Assembly (NCBI GenBank): GCA_964616405.1
Contig: CAZTRE010000006.1
Location: 1 to 45,941 of the forward strand
Source: an uncultured Mycoplasma sp.
GTDB lineage: Bacteria > Bacillota_I > Bacilli_A > RF39 > UBA660
Length of the DNA: 45,941 nucleotides
Direction of reading: 5' to 3'
The notes under the pieces are model-generated. The model saw only the letters and a list, made by a program, of their open reading frames with translations, made no database searches and was not told the DNA's origin. The translations under genes and the position numbers were made by a program. Below are positions 9,166 to 19,292 of the stretch, piece by piece. Each line of letters starts with the position of its first letter. Within the stretch, counting starts at the first letter, position 1.

Positions 9166-10256
9166 TAATCAGTTAAGAAATCCTTTAACTTTCTTGAACG
9201 TGATGGGTGTCTTAATTTTCTTAAAGCTTTAGCTTCAATTTGACGAATACGTTCTCTTGTAACTCCAAAAATTTGTCCTACTTCTTCTAGAGTTCTACAT
9301 TGACTATCATCTAAACCAAATCTAAGTCTTAATACCTTTTCTTCACGTTCTGTAAGGGTTGCTAAAACCCCGCTTAATTCTTCTTTTAACATTTCCACAG
9401 TCGCATATTCTTCAGGTCCCATGGTCTTTTCATCTCTTAGGAAATCTCCTAAATGAGAATCATCTTCTTCCCCAATTGGTGTTTCAAGAGATACTGGATC
9501 TTGACTTATTTTATATACTTCACGAACCTTTTCAACTGAAACACCTAATTTCTTAGCAATTTCATCATCAGTAGGTTCACGATTCAATTCTTGTGTTAAT
9601 TGACGTTGAACTCTTGCTAATTTATTAATCGTTTCTACCATGTGTACTGGTACACGGATAGTTCTTGCTTGATCCGCAATAGCACGAGTAATAGCTTGTC
9701 TTATCCACCAAGTTGCATAAGTTGAAAACTTGAATCCTTTAGCAGGATCATATTTATCTACGGCTTTCATTAATCCAATATTACCCTCTTGAATTAAATC
9801 TAAAAATAACATTCCTCTTCCTACATATCTTTTGGCAATACTAACTACTAAACGAAGATTAGATTCCGCAAGCATTTTCTTTGCTTCTTCATCTCCCTCT
9901 TCAGCTCTCTTAGCATACTCAAATTCTTCATCTGAAGTAAGTAAGTTAATTCTACCAATTTCTTTTAGATACATACGAACAGGATCATTAATTTTTACAT
10001 CTTTAGACAAAGTTAAATCTTCAACTGCTACATCATGAGTAATTTCCGCACCAGATGCATCATCACTTCCATCTTCAGCCACAACATCAATTTCCGCTTC
10101 CATTAAAGCATTGTATAATTCATCTAATGAATCACTATCAACATCTAATCCTTTTAATTCATCCGCTAATTGTTCGTAAGTAATATAACCTTGTTTTTTT
10201 CCTAACGCTAGTAATTTGTCTTTTCTTTCATCTAATGTTTTAATCTCTCCAACCAT
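9165..10256 (-). CDS. sigA: RNA polymerase primary sigma factor SigA/RpoD
   Basis: [49 protein letters not shown] and TRERIRQIE. Confidence 0.98.
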   Translation of the reverse strand: MVGEIKTLDERKDKLLALGKKQGYITYEQLADELKGLDVDSDSLDELYNALMEAEIDVVAEDGSDDASGAEITHDVAVEDLTLSKDVKINDPVRMYLKEIGRINLLTSDEEFEYAKRAEEGDEEAKKMLAESNLRLVVSIAKRYVGRGMLFLDLIQEGNIGLMKAVDKYDPAKGFKFSTYATWWIRQAITRAIADQARTIRVPVHMVETINKLARVQRQLTQELNREPTDDEIAKKLGVSVEKVREVYKISQDPVSLETPIGEEDDSHLGDFLRDEKTMGPEEYATVEMLKEELSGVLATLTEREEKVLRLRFGLDDSQCRTLEEVGQIFGVTRERIRQIEAKALRKLRHPSRSRKLKDFLTD

Positions 10257-10258
10257 GT

Positions 10259-11989
10259 CTATTCTCCTATTCTTAGTTTTCTAATCTTTTCGACAATTTT
10301 AGCTTGTTCTAATGGATCTACTTCTTTTTTCATTAAATTTGTTAATCTCTTAATTTCTTGAGTCATTCCATAATCACGAATAACCTTAAAATACTCAAAT
10401 AACTCTTCTTTTGTAGTTTTTTCATTATAATTTCCTGCTAAAATATTATTTAACAAGATTAGAAGATTCTCTTTATCTTGAACATAAGTATAAAAATCAG
10501 CCACATTAATATTTCCATGCTTTTTATAATAATAAATTATCTCACTTGAAAGTGCCCTAGATTCCTCACTAGGAAAAACTAATCTTTCTTTTTCTACTTG
10601 GCTAATGGCCATATCATCATTAAGCATAAAATATAATATTTGTTCAACAGCTTTACTATACTTATCCTTTTTAATAACCTTTTCTTTTGTAACCGTCTTT
10701 ATCTTTTGTTGTATCGGAACATTCTTTTGTGCTTTAAAGTCATTAAATCGCATTTCCAGTGTATTATAACTCAAATCAAACTCTTTTGCAAGTCTTTTAA
10801 GCACAACTTCGACTCTAATTGGATCAGTTATTGACACCGTTTCTTTTAAAACTGCATTAATGTAATTAGCTTTTTCTTCATCACTTCTAAAATCAACATT
10901 CTCTTTTAATTTAGCTATTTTAAAATCACTAAAATTTACGGAATTATCTAATAGTCCAATAAATCTTTCTTTACCATGTTTTAAAATAAAACTATCTGGA
11001 TCGTCATTATCTGGCAGGCTAACAACTTTAACTTCAATTCCCTGTTCCAATAAAGTCTCTCCAATTCCTGTTGCCGCATGAACTCCCGGATCATCTCCAT
11101 CTAAACACAAAATAATATTATTAGACAATCTTTTAAGTAGATTAATTTGTTCTTTAGTTAATGCTGTTCCCATCAAAGCAACAGTATTTTTTATCCCAAT
11201 TGTACTAGCTCTAATAACATCCATAAAGCCTTCCATTACAATAACACATTTTTTTAATCTACATTCTTCCCTCGCAATATGATAATGATAAAGCATCTCG
11301 CCTTTTTTAAATATTTCTGTCTCTTTTGTATTCAAATATTTATTTTGCTCATTATCCTTATAAATACGTCCACTAAATCCTACCACTTTCCCTGAAACAT
11401 CATAAAGTGGAAACATAATTCGATCACAATATATATCATGATCATCACTTGCCAAACCTATTCTATTAAGAGTGGCTAAATCATATTTCTTTTTTAATAA
11501 TAAACTTGTTAAATCATCTCTAGTTTCTAAAGATAATCCTATTTCAAAGTCTTTAATTATCTCATCATTTATTCCTCGTTTGGCTAAATATGTTTTAGCC
11601 ATTCTACCCTGACTACTAGATAAATTATTTTGATAATATTTAACTGAAAAATTATAAGCATCATACAATTTATCATATTTTGTATTTTTGGTCTTTATTT
11701 GGATGCCACTAACATTAACTCCGACTCTTTCCCCTAAATAGCGAAGTGCCTCTTTAAAATCTATATGTTCATAATTCATTAAAAATGTAAAAACATTTCC
11801 TGTTGCATGACAAGAAAAACAAGTATAAATTTGCTTTTCTCTTGAAACGCTCATTGATGGATTAGAATCATCATGAAAAGGACAAACCCCAAAGAAGTTT
11901 TTGCCCCTCGCAACAAGAGGAATTCTCTCTCCAATGATGTCAACTATATCTATCTTACGTCTAATTTCATTAGCCAAATCATTATTCAT
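10259..11989 (-). CDS. dnaG: DNA primase
   Basis: CPFH..CFSC zinc finger, KYLNT.ET, EGFMDV TOPRIM, DGD and DPD motifs; upstream of sigA. Confidence 0.97.
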   Translation of the reverse strand: MNNDLANEIRRKIDIVDIIGERIPLVARGKNFFGVCPFHDDSNPSMSVSREKQIYTCFSCHATGNVFTFLMNYEHIDFKEALRYLGERVGVNVSGIQIKTKNTKYDKLYDAYNFSVKYYQNNLSSSQGRMAKTYLAKRGINDEIIKDFEIGLSLETRDDLTSLLLKKKYDLATLNRIGLASDDHDIYCDRIMFPLYDVSGKVVGFSGRIYKDNEQNKYLNTKETEIFKKGEMLYHYHIAREECRLKKCVIVMEGFMDVIRASTIGIKNTVALMGTALTKEQINLLKRLSNNIILCLDGDDPGVHAATGIGETLLEQGIEVKVVSLPDNDDPDSFILKHGKERFIGLLDNSVNFSDFKIAKLKENVDFRSDEEKANYINAVLKETVSITDPIRVEVVLKRLAKEFDLSYNTLEMRFNDFKAQKNVPIQQKIKTVTKEKVIKKDKYSKAVEQILYFMLNDDMAISQVEKERLVFPSEESRALSSEIIYYYKKHGNINVADFYTYVQDKENLLILLNNILAGNYNEKTTKEELFEYFKVIRDYGMTQEIKRLTNLMKKEVDPLEQAKIVEKIRKLRIGE

Positions 11990-12063
11990 CAACACCACTT
12001 CCTTAATACAAAACTTATTATAACACGTTTTCTCATACTTTAGAAGAGAATCACTGCTTATAA

Positions 12064-12564
12064 TTAATTATCATCTTTAACCAATTCTTTTGGAACGGTA
12101 GATAAAACTATTTTCTTAATTTCTGTTCTAAATAAACCTCGCATCTCAGTAACATACATATTATCTAAAGCGCTTTGAACACTAACTCCTTCCGAAGAAT
12201 CTTCGAAATCATCAACATACTCTTCATCTCTATAAAATTTCCAACCAGCAAAATTAATAAGTCTATAAATTTCTGTAAAATTTTCATCATCTAAAAATAA
12301 GGATGCTACCGCCAATTGTTCAGAATAATTCTTAACCAGAACCTCTCGCAAATTAAAAAAGAAAGTTTGCTGGCTTATTTTTTCATCGGATAAGTCCTTA
12401 TTAATTACTTCCCTTTTATTATGAGCATTAATACCTTCAAAAAATTTTAATTTTGACTGTTCACTATTTATAAAACTACGCACAAAAGATACCGAATCAG
12501 CACATTCAGTTTCATAAAACAAATACATCATTTCTAAACATTCTCTTTTTGTATCTTTACCCAT
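12064..12564 (-). CDS. Orphan hypothetical protein
   Basis: 166 aa ORF with GGAGAG RBS; no recognisable domain. Confidence 0.7.
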   Translation of the reverse strand: MGKDTKRECLEMMYLFYETECADSVSFVRSFINSEQSKLKFFEGINAHNKREVINKDLSDEKISQQTFFFNLREVLVKNYSEQLAVASLFLDDENFTEIYRLINFAGWKFYRDEEYVDDFEDSSEGVSVQSALDNMYVTEMRGLFRTEIKKIVLSTVPKELVKDDN

Positions 12565-12681
12565 AAATATATCTCTCCATTTTGATGGATTGCATCATTA
12601 AAAACAATTCAAACAATATCTCCATACAAAATTATTAATATCTTTCATTTTTGATTCTAACAATTTCTTAAATTATTGAAC

Positions 12682-12706
12682 AAAAAAGTGCCATTATTCG
12701 CACTTT
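12682..12706 (-). terminator. Intrinsic terminator
   Basis: AAAGTGC...GCACTTT stem with a T-run on the minus strand. Confidence 0.65.
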
Positions 12707-12713
12707 ATTACCT

Positions 12714-13280
12714 TTAATCATTCTTTTGTACCGGCTTAGTTAATTTCTTTTGAAAACCATATTGTTCTCTATTAGCGGTAACATAACTTACCAGCGTATC
12801 TATTTGAGCACTTGTTATTTTATCTTTTTTAAGAATCTTTACTACCTCTTCTGCTGGTAAACATTGTTCCAATACTGCATAAGCTTCAATACCATTTACT
12901 ATTTCTACATTAGAACGATCATCATTTATTCTATAAGGTACTCCAAATAAATCATAATCGCAAAATTTACCTTCTGGAATAAATTTTCCATCTAAAGTAG
13001 TCATAGTAAAATGACCGTTGTGCCATAGACTGTCATAAGTATAAACTCTTCTCTGTTGGTCTACTACAGGCTCTATTGTACCTCCTTCAGCTTTATTAAT
13101 AACCTCATGATATTCTAAAACATCATCATCCACAAAACGTGCCATAGGTTCTATAAGTGTAAAACTTTTATCAGTACCAGTTAAAACCACCTCATTAATA
13201 AATAAATTACTTACGTCATGTTTTTTAATCTTTTCTTTAAAATCCTTAAGCCTTTTTTTCATAGCTTCAATTTTTTTCAT
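12714..13280 (-). CDS. Orphan hypothetical protein
   Basis: 188 aa ORF with GAGGGGG RBS, own promoter and terminator. Confidence 0.75.
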   Translation of the reverse strand: MKKIEAMKKRLKDFKEKIKKHDVSNLFINEVVLTGTDKSFTLIEPMARFVDDDVLEYHEVINKAEGGTIEPVVDQQRRVYTYDSLWHNGHFTMTTLDGKFIPEGKFCDYDLFGVPYRINDDRSNVEIVNGIEAYAVLEQCLPAEEVVKILKKDKITSAQIDTLVSYVTANREQYGFQKKLTKPVQKND

Positions 13281-13310
13281 ATTTTCCCCCTCAATTTAAA
13301 TTTGGTCTAT

Positions 13311-13339
13311 ATAATACCATAAACCCTATAAAAAGTCAA
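13311..13339 (-). promoter_or_regulatory. SigmaA-like promoter
   Basis: TTGACT-17bp-TATTAT with TG extension. Confidence 0.7.
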
Positions 13340-13477
13340 ATTTATCAATACTAAATTATTTTTATTTTTCTTAACTTTTTAACGTTTAAATAAACAAACA
13401 TGCTAAAAAAGATATCCATAATCGATAATTATAAACATCTTTTTACTTTATAAATAAAATTCATTATTACTTAATAT

Positions 13478-14641
13478 TTAATTTTGTGAAGCCTTATTAT
13501 ATCCATCTATTTCTTTTTTTAATACCTTGATACTATTATCTTTTAACTTTTGCCTTTCATAAGTTTTCTCAGGACCTATCAATATATGTTCTAAAATATT
13601 ATTTCGTAATTGTTCAGGTACGAACCTCATTAAATGATTTTCATAATACTCTTCGCCTTTTTCAATCTGAGATCTAGCAAAAATATCCATCACTTGATAA
13701 CAAAACTCTGGTTTTTGCCATTCCTCTGCAAATTTTGGATTTTTCTCTTTCCATTCGTACATTCCTAAGCCAATTAATGACGTATAATTATAAAATGCAA
13801 GTGTTATTACATCCAAATCAGATTGATATTGACTAGGCAAAAAGCTTTCAAATTCAAAATAACGAATTCCAAGTTCATCGGCTTTAAAAAAACTATTTAA
13901 AACACTCATTATATATTTTTTATCAACAATTATCTCTTGTGGGGCATTAGCTAATTGTTTTAAACTACCTCTTTGTGCTAAAGCAAGTAAAACTTCTTTT
14001 GAATCAATTAGTAATTTCTTTACTAATGGAGTCTCTTTAATAGCTAAAAACAATTCTACTTTATTTTCCAGTTTCAAGCTGTCAAAATCGGTTTGAATAT
14101 CTCTACCAGCTAATATATTAGTAGCTAAATCAAATATTGTACGCTGAAAAGGATCAGAAGTCATAGAATATAAAAACACTAATTCTTCTTCCGTATAACG
14201 TCTCTTTTTTTGCAAAGATAATAATCTTTGATAATTTGCATACTCTTTTTCTAACTCGTCTATATATTCTTTATTTTTCTTTTCGTCTATTTCTCTTAAT
14301 TTCTTTATTAATTCTGGAAAAAACTTACAATCTATTTCATAACCATATACATTACTACCATTAAATTCTACCTTATTACTTTCTTCTTCATCAGCTGGAG
14401 TACAACCATCACTTACTTTAATAAAAAATATTGGTATATCTTTCTGTTCATCATTTTCAAAATACACATATATATCACCTGACCAGAACTCTCCATCGAT
14501 AGCCCCATGAATTGCAGAATAACACCCACTATAAAAAGTATCCATATTTAAAGCACATGCACTGCCCTGTATATCTTTGTATAATCTACGATAGGATTGA
14601 TTATCTTCCTTTTTATATTCTTTCCAAATTCCTCTTTTCAT
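13478..14641 (-). CDS. Hypothetical protein with a degenerate DUF4116-like helical repeat segment
   Basis: GGAGG RBS; 'DSKEVLLALAQRGSLKQLANAPQEIIVDKKYIMSVL' resembles DUF4116 repeats. Confidence 0.7.
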   Translation of the reverse strand: MKRGIWKEYKKEDNQSYRRLYKDIQGSACALNMDTFYSGCYSAIHGAIDGEFWSGDIYVYFENDEQKDIPIFFIKVSDGCTPADEEESNKVEFNGSNVYGYEIDCKFFPELIKKLREIDEKKNKEYIDELEKEYANYQRLLSLQKKRRYTEEELVFLYSMTSDPFQRTIFDLATNILAGRDIQTDFDSLKLENKVELFLAIKETPLVKKLLIDSKEVLLALAQRGSLKQLANAPQEIIVDKKYIMSVLNSFFKADELGIRYFEFESFLPSQYQSDLDVITLAFYNYTSLIGLGMYEWKEKNPKFAEEWQKPEFCYQVMDIFARSQIEKGEEYYENHLMRFVPEQLRNNILEHILIGPEKTYERQKLKDNSIKVLKKEIDGYNKASQN

Positions 14642-14745
14642 ATTTTTTCCTCCAAAAAAGTATTAATTCACTTATAACTTTATTATAATATATAAACTAA
14701 TTTTAAAAAATAAAAATAATATAAAAAGGACAATCTCCCAAAAAG

Positions 14746-15351
14746 TTATTGTCCCTTTTTATCATCAGCTTTACTTTTTGTAATACATTCTTCTTTTCTA
14801 ATTCCAATACCCTCATTCATTTCTTTAACTTTAGTATTAATAAAACCATTCAATAAAAGCGAATGTTTACCAGCAATATCTATACAATGAGAGTACCACG
14901 TATTATCACCTTGTTCCATTAATTCACGTTGATTATCAATTTTTGAAAGACTATCTAAATGTCCATTCCTCACAAATTGAACTAATCTATTCATATCCTG
15001 ATAATTATCTTCCGATACATCTTTTTGCATATCATATAGCTTGCACATATAATGTTCTGACATGTCCCTTTGAAATTTAGCCAATCTTGCCTTGCCACCA
15101 TAATACTCTGGGCTTAACAAATGCAAGCGTTGTCTCATTTTAACGCTAACACTTCCTACAAACCTTGCACAAGTTTCTAATAATTGTTGTCTAAAATCAC
15201 AAGCAACTTTATTATCATGTGCATCATTAATTTGACCTCTTATATTAAAAAATACACTATCTAAAGAATCAGCTTCTTTCGCCTCAAATAATTGATATTT
15301 TAAATCAAGTACCCGCATTAATTCTTCTCTTTTTTTGTAATCCATACTCAT
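14746..15351 (-). CDS. Orphan hypothetical protein
   Basis: 201 aa ORF with GAGGTGG RBS and own promoter. Confidence 0.7.
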   Translation of the reverse strand: MSMDYKKREELMRVLDLKYQLFEAKEADSLDSVFFNIRGQINDAHDNKVACDFRQQLLETCARFVGSVSVKMRQRLHLLSPEYYGGKARLAKFQRDMSEHYMCKLYDMQKDVSEDNYQDMNRLVQFVRNGHLDSLSKIDNQRELMEQGDNTWYSHCIDIAGKHSLLLNGFINTKVKEMNEGIGIRKEECITKSKADDKKGQ

Positions 15352-15413
15352 CCTGCTTCCACCTCTAATTAAACATATTTCTAATTAAAACAAATTAGTA
15401 ACATTTTCTTTAT

Positions 15414-15442
15414 ATTTTAAACATTTTTTAGTTATTTGTAAA
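15414..15442 (-). promoter_or_regulatory. SigmaA-like promoter
   Basis: TTTACA-17bp-TAAAAT. Confidence 0.55.
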
Positions 15443-15465
15443 GAAAACTTACGTTTTTATATAAA

Positions 15466-16476
15466 CTATATCAAAGATTTTCTTGTATATGTTTCAACGT
15501 CTTTGTCAATATAAACATCAATTACACACTTATCAACTATCTTAATAAATCCAAGTCCTGTAATGGCTAAATCCTCATCATATTTCATTTGATAAGTTGT
15601 TTTATTTAAATTCTTCAAATCATCATGATTTGCTGAATTTAATAATCTTTTAATATTTAAATCATTTGAAACAAACACAGTAAAACTATTCTTCTCACCT
15701 TCAACATAATCAATTCTAATTAAATCTTCAATAATAATTGATTGATTTTTACGTAACTGATATGTCTTTGGTTTAATCTCTTTTCGTGGCGAAATCTTCT
15801 TAACAGTTTTCTCATCAACATGATTTAAGATGGAGCCACTCTCTACTAATCCTGGTGTATCAATTAGCATTAAATGATCATTAATTTCAATATTTACCGT
15901 ATTTAAAGTTGTAGAAGGAAGTGGAGACATTGTTAACTCTTGAGCATTATCTGAATAATTTTGAATAAGCTTATTAATTAAACTACTTTTACCGGCATTG
16001 GTATGTCCCACAACATAAACATTTTTAGAAGTTTGATGATATTTAATACGACGTAGTAAATAATCAATATTATAATTCTTATTTGCACTTATCACAATTA
16101 CTTCTTCAAAATGAATATTCATACTCTCTAAATAAGTAATTAGTTTTTCTTCTTTAACTGATTTAGGTAAAGCATCCTTTTTATTTAAAACTAAAATCAT
16201 CTTGTTTGGAATTAAATTTCTAATTTCTTCTAAATTCTTTTCTAAATTTAACAAATCAGTAATATATAAAACTAAATCTTTAGTTTCGGCTACACTTTTT
16301 AATATATCGATGTATTCTTCATTTGACTTTACTACTACTTGATATTCACCATAATTCTTCATTCTAAAACATCTTTGACAAATATCGTTTTCTAAACTGG
16401 TAGTGTATCCTTCTTGAAGTATATTTTCTTCTTGCAGTAAAACTCCACAACCCAAGCATTTCTTGTCACTACTCAT
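15466..16476 (-). CDS. yqeH: Ribosome biogenesis GTPase YqeH
   Basis: CxGC...CQRC zinc finger; circularly permuted NKKD, GHTNAGKSS and DTPG motifs. Confidence 0.93.
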   Translation of the reverse strand: MSSDKKCLGCGVLLQEENILQEGYTTSLENDICQRCFRMKNYGEYQVVVKSNEEYIDILKSVAETKDLVLYITDLLNLEKNLEEIRNLIPNKMILVLNKKDALPKSVKEEKLITYLESMNIHFEEVIVISANKNYNIDYLLRRIKYHQTSKNVYVVGHTNAGKSSLINKLIQNYSDNAQELTMSPLPSTTLNTVNIEINDHLMLIDTPGLVESGSILNHVDEKTVKKISPRKEIKPKTYQLRKNQSIIIEDLIRIDYVEGEKNSFTVFVSNDLNIKRLLNSANHDDLKNLNKTTYQMKYDEDLAITGLGFIKIVDKCVIDVYIDKDVETYTRKSLI

Positions 16477-16987
16477 AATAACTTCCTTTCTTAAATACCC
16501 CTAATTTCTCATATTTCTTTACTATTTTTTCTTCGATTTTTCTATTTAATCCTGTAATTTTTAAATCTTTAACTCCTAGTGGATCTACAAGGATTGTCTT
16601 TACTCCATAAAGTTTACCAGAGAATATATCTGTAACAATCTGATCCCCAATCATTGCCATTTCTTTATTTTTGATATTACATCTTCTTCTAATTCTCATT
16701 AACCCTTTAGGAAGCGGTTTTAAACTGAAGCATTCTCCTTCAATCTCTAAATCATTAAGATACTCAACTATTCTTTTTTTTACATTATTAGAACTAATAT
16801 AAACCACGAAATCTTTTTTTAACTTCTTAATTAAATTTTTTACTTTTGTTGGGCATTTTTTCTCATCAACTAGCCCTAATGTATTATCTAAATCAAATAC
16901 TAAGCACTTTATTCCATCTTTCTTTAATTTTGAATAGTCAATATCAAAAATAGTTTTTTTATATATATCCGGTTTAAAGTATGCCAT
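16469..16987 (-). CDS. yqeG: HAD-IIIA phosphatase YqeG
   Basis: FDLDNTL, SNN, KP and IGDQIVTD motifs; overlaps the yqeH start. Confidence 0.92.
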   Translation of the reverse strand: MAYFKPDIYKKTIFDIDYSKLKKDGIKCLVFDLDNTLGLVDEKKCPTKVKNLIKKLKKDFVVYISSNNVKKRIVEYLNDLEIEGECFSLKPLPKGLMRIRRRCNIKNKEMAMIGDQIVTDIFSGKLYGVKTILVDPLGVKDLKITGLNRKIEEKIVKKYEKLGVFKKGSYYE

Positions 16988-17037
16988 AAAACATCTCCTT
17001 ATTGCATAAACATTATACAACATTTTTCTCAATTAGT

Positions 17038-18471
17038 CTAATTATTTACCCTTTGCTTAACCATTTCCGTTGACATAGTAATTTTTTCAAATGTATAACC
17101 GTTTTCTTTACCATACCTAATAATATCTCTTAAAGCATCTCTTGTATAAGATTTTATATCATGCATAAGAACCATATTAACTCGATCTCTTCTTAAAGAA
17201 TTAACTACATTATTTTTAATCATCTCCGGAGTTGGGCTTCCACCAGCGGCATCACCTGATGAAACATTCCAATCATAATATCTATAGCCTCTATTAATAA
17301 CATCAACAGTTAGACTACTCATAATTCCTGGTGAATATCTTCTACTAATTGTATTTGAAGATCCACCTGGAAATCTAATTATATATGAATACTCTCCTGT
17401 AATTCTCTTAACTCGCTCATTAACAATATTTAAATCACTATAATAATTATCAATTGATGAATAAACTTGTGCATAATCATGACTAGCTGTATGTAACGCA
17501 ATAGTATGCCCTTCATCATACATTCTTTTAATCAAATCATCAGGACCTTTATTAGTAATAAAAAATGTCGCCTCAATTCCCTCCTCTTTTAAAATATCTA
17601 AAATCGCATCAGTTGTTCCACTCTGTGGCCCATCATCAAAAGTTAAATAGATAGTCCCATTTTTTCCTCTTTCTGAAACTATAACCGTCCTCGTTACAAA
17701 ATTTTTATTGCCACTCGCATCACTAACTTCATATTTAATTTCATACTTAGAAGCCTTTGTAGTATCAACATCCCCTACAACCGTAACTTTATCAGTAATA
17801 TCACCGCAACAATTATCAATGGCCTTATAACCAGGTTCATTATAAACTTCCCCAATAAAAGCATAAACTTGATTACTACCAATCAAACTAATTTCCGGAG
17901 CCACTTTATCTTCATAAATTAACTCTTTTTCAATTACAGTTTTATTACCAGAACTATCTGCAACTGTATAAATAACCTTTTGATTTGTAATCTTTACTTC
18001 TACTTTATCTGATAAATCTCCATCATAATTATCATAAGCTCTTACATTTTCTTTTTGATATTCACTACCTGGACATAAATAAATCTTCTTATTTTCACTA
18101 ACCTCCAAAGTCGGCTTAGATATGTCTTTAACAATGACTTTTCTAATTACTTTTTTCTTAAATATCCCTTTACCTTTATATGAATATGTAATTTCATAAG
18201 TACCTAACTTTTTGGAATTAACCTTCCCACTAACTTTAACTGCAGAAGAAACATCTTTATTCATATATTTAGCTTTAAATCCTTTTTCGTTATATAATTG
18301 TTTATAATTAAGAATCACCTCACGTTGACCTTTAAGCTCAATTTGAGGCATAAAATAATAACCGACAAAAATAACTCCTACACACAAAATAATTAGTCCG
18401 CCAATTAATAAGCAAATCTTTGGATTAAAAGACCCTTTATTATAATTATCACTTCTTTTATGCATCATCAT
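17038..18471 (-). CDS. Membrane-anchored polysaccharide/peptidoglycan deacetylase with Ig-like (DUF5011-type) domains
   Basis: TM anchor; repeated A.D..DGD.(S/T)..V...Y.V.D.SGN; NodB motifs TFDDGP, HTASH, RFPGG and LMHD. Confidence 0.9.
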   Translation of the reverse strand: MMMHKRSDNYNKGSFNPKICLLIGGLIILCVGVIFVGYYFMPQIELKGQREVILNYKQLYNEKGFKAKYMNKDVSSAVKVSGKVNSKKLGTYEITYSYKGKGIFKKKVIRKVIVKDISKPTLEVSENKKIYLCPGSEYQKENVRAYDNYDGDLSDKVEVKITNQKVIYTVADSSGNKTVIEKELIYEDKVAPEISLIGSNQVYAFIGEVYNEPGYKAIDNCCGDITDKVTVVGDVDTTKASKYEIKYEVSDASGNKNFVTRTVIVSERGKNGTIYLTFDDGPQSGTTDAILDILKEEGIEATFFITNKGPDDLIKRMYDEGHTIALHTASHDYAQVYSSIDNYYSDLNIVNERVKRITGEYSYIIRFPGGSSNTISRRYSPGIMSSLTVDVINRGYRYYDWNVSSGDAAGGSPTPEMIKNNVVNSLRRDRVNMVLMHDIKSYTRDALRDIIRYGKENGYTFEKITMSTEMVKQRVNN

Positions 18472-18556
18472 TATATCAACTCTCTTACTACATATAATTT
18501 CTACATATTACACTATAAATATACTATAAATCTTAAATTTAAACAACTAAGAATAC

Positions 18557-19246
18557 CTATACTTTTCCATTAAGCACAAATTCGTTCCATATCTTTTCAA
18601 TAGCTTTCTTCTCAATTCTAGATACATAACTTCGAGATATTTTTAAAGACTTTGCAATTTGTTTTTGAGTTTGGCAAGGATAATTAAATAAACCATATCT
18701 CCTCACGATAATTTCTTTTTCTCGATCATCTAAAACCTGTAAATAATTCATAATCAATTTAATATTATCATTTTTTTCAATTTCTTCTAAAAAGTCATTT
18801 TTAGGAGCCTTCAATATATCCATTATTGAAATTTCTCCGCCATCTTTATCATAACCAACTATTTCATTTATTGAAATATCTTTTGCGTATTTATTGCTTG
18901 TTCTAAAAAACATTAGAACTTCATTTTCGATACACTTAGCACAATACGTAGTTATTTTTACGGCCCGCTCTGGTGAAAACGTATCAACCCCCTTAATTAA
19001 GCCAATTGTTCCAATACTAATCAAATCATCATTAGATGTATACTTATTTTCAAACTTTTTTACGATGTGTGCTACTAAACGTAAATTATGTTCAATTAGT
19101 TTATTTCTAGCCTCTGTATCCCCTGCACATTTTAATCTAATACACTCTTCCTCTTCCTCTGGACTAAGTGGTTCTAAAAATACTTCGTTAGAATAGCTTC
19201 CCGTAAAACAAAATAAATTTTTAAACATATCCAATAAAAAAAACAT
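18557..19246 (-). CDS. sigK: Sporulation sigma factor pro-sigmaK, uninterrupted
   Basis: Short hydrophobic pro-sequence; LIEHNLRLVAHIVKKF, DDLISIGTIGLIKG, CIENEVLM and ISRSYVSRIEKKA. Confidence 0.93.
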   Translation of the reverse strand: MFFLLDMFKNLFCFTGSYSNEVFLEPLSPEEEEECIRLKCAGDTEARNKLIEHNLRLVAHIVKKFENKYTSNDDLISIGTIGLIKGVDTFSPERAVKITTYCAKCIENEVLMFFRTSNKYAKDISINEIVGYDKDGGEISIMDILKAPKNDFLEEIEKNDNIKLIMNYLQVLDDREKEIIVRRYGLFNYPCQTQKQIAKSLKISRSYVSRIEKKAIEKIWNEFVLNGKV

Positions 19247-19263
19247 ATAATCACCCTCTATAG

Positions 19264-19292
19264 ATTATATGTCTTAATTTATCAAATTTTGT
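19264..19292 (-). promoter_or_regulatory. Putative sigmaE/sigmaK promoter of sigK
   Basis: ACAAAATT-13bp-CATATAAT just upstream of the GAGGGTG RBS. Confidence 0.5.

Noticed and set aside
12000-15466. Integron cassette array or prophage remnant as an explanation for the orphan cluster
   Set aside because: No shared attC-like repeats, integrase, phage genes or flanking direct repeats were seen by eye.
18557-19246. skin-like element interrupting sigK
   Set aside because: The ORF is continuous through sigma regions 2-4 and no recombinase is nearby.
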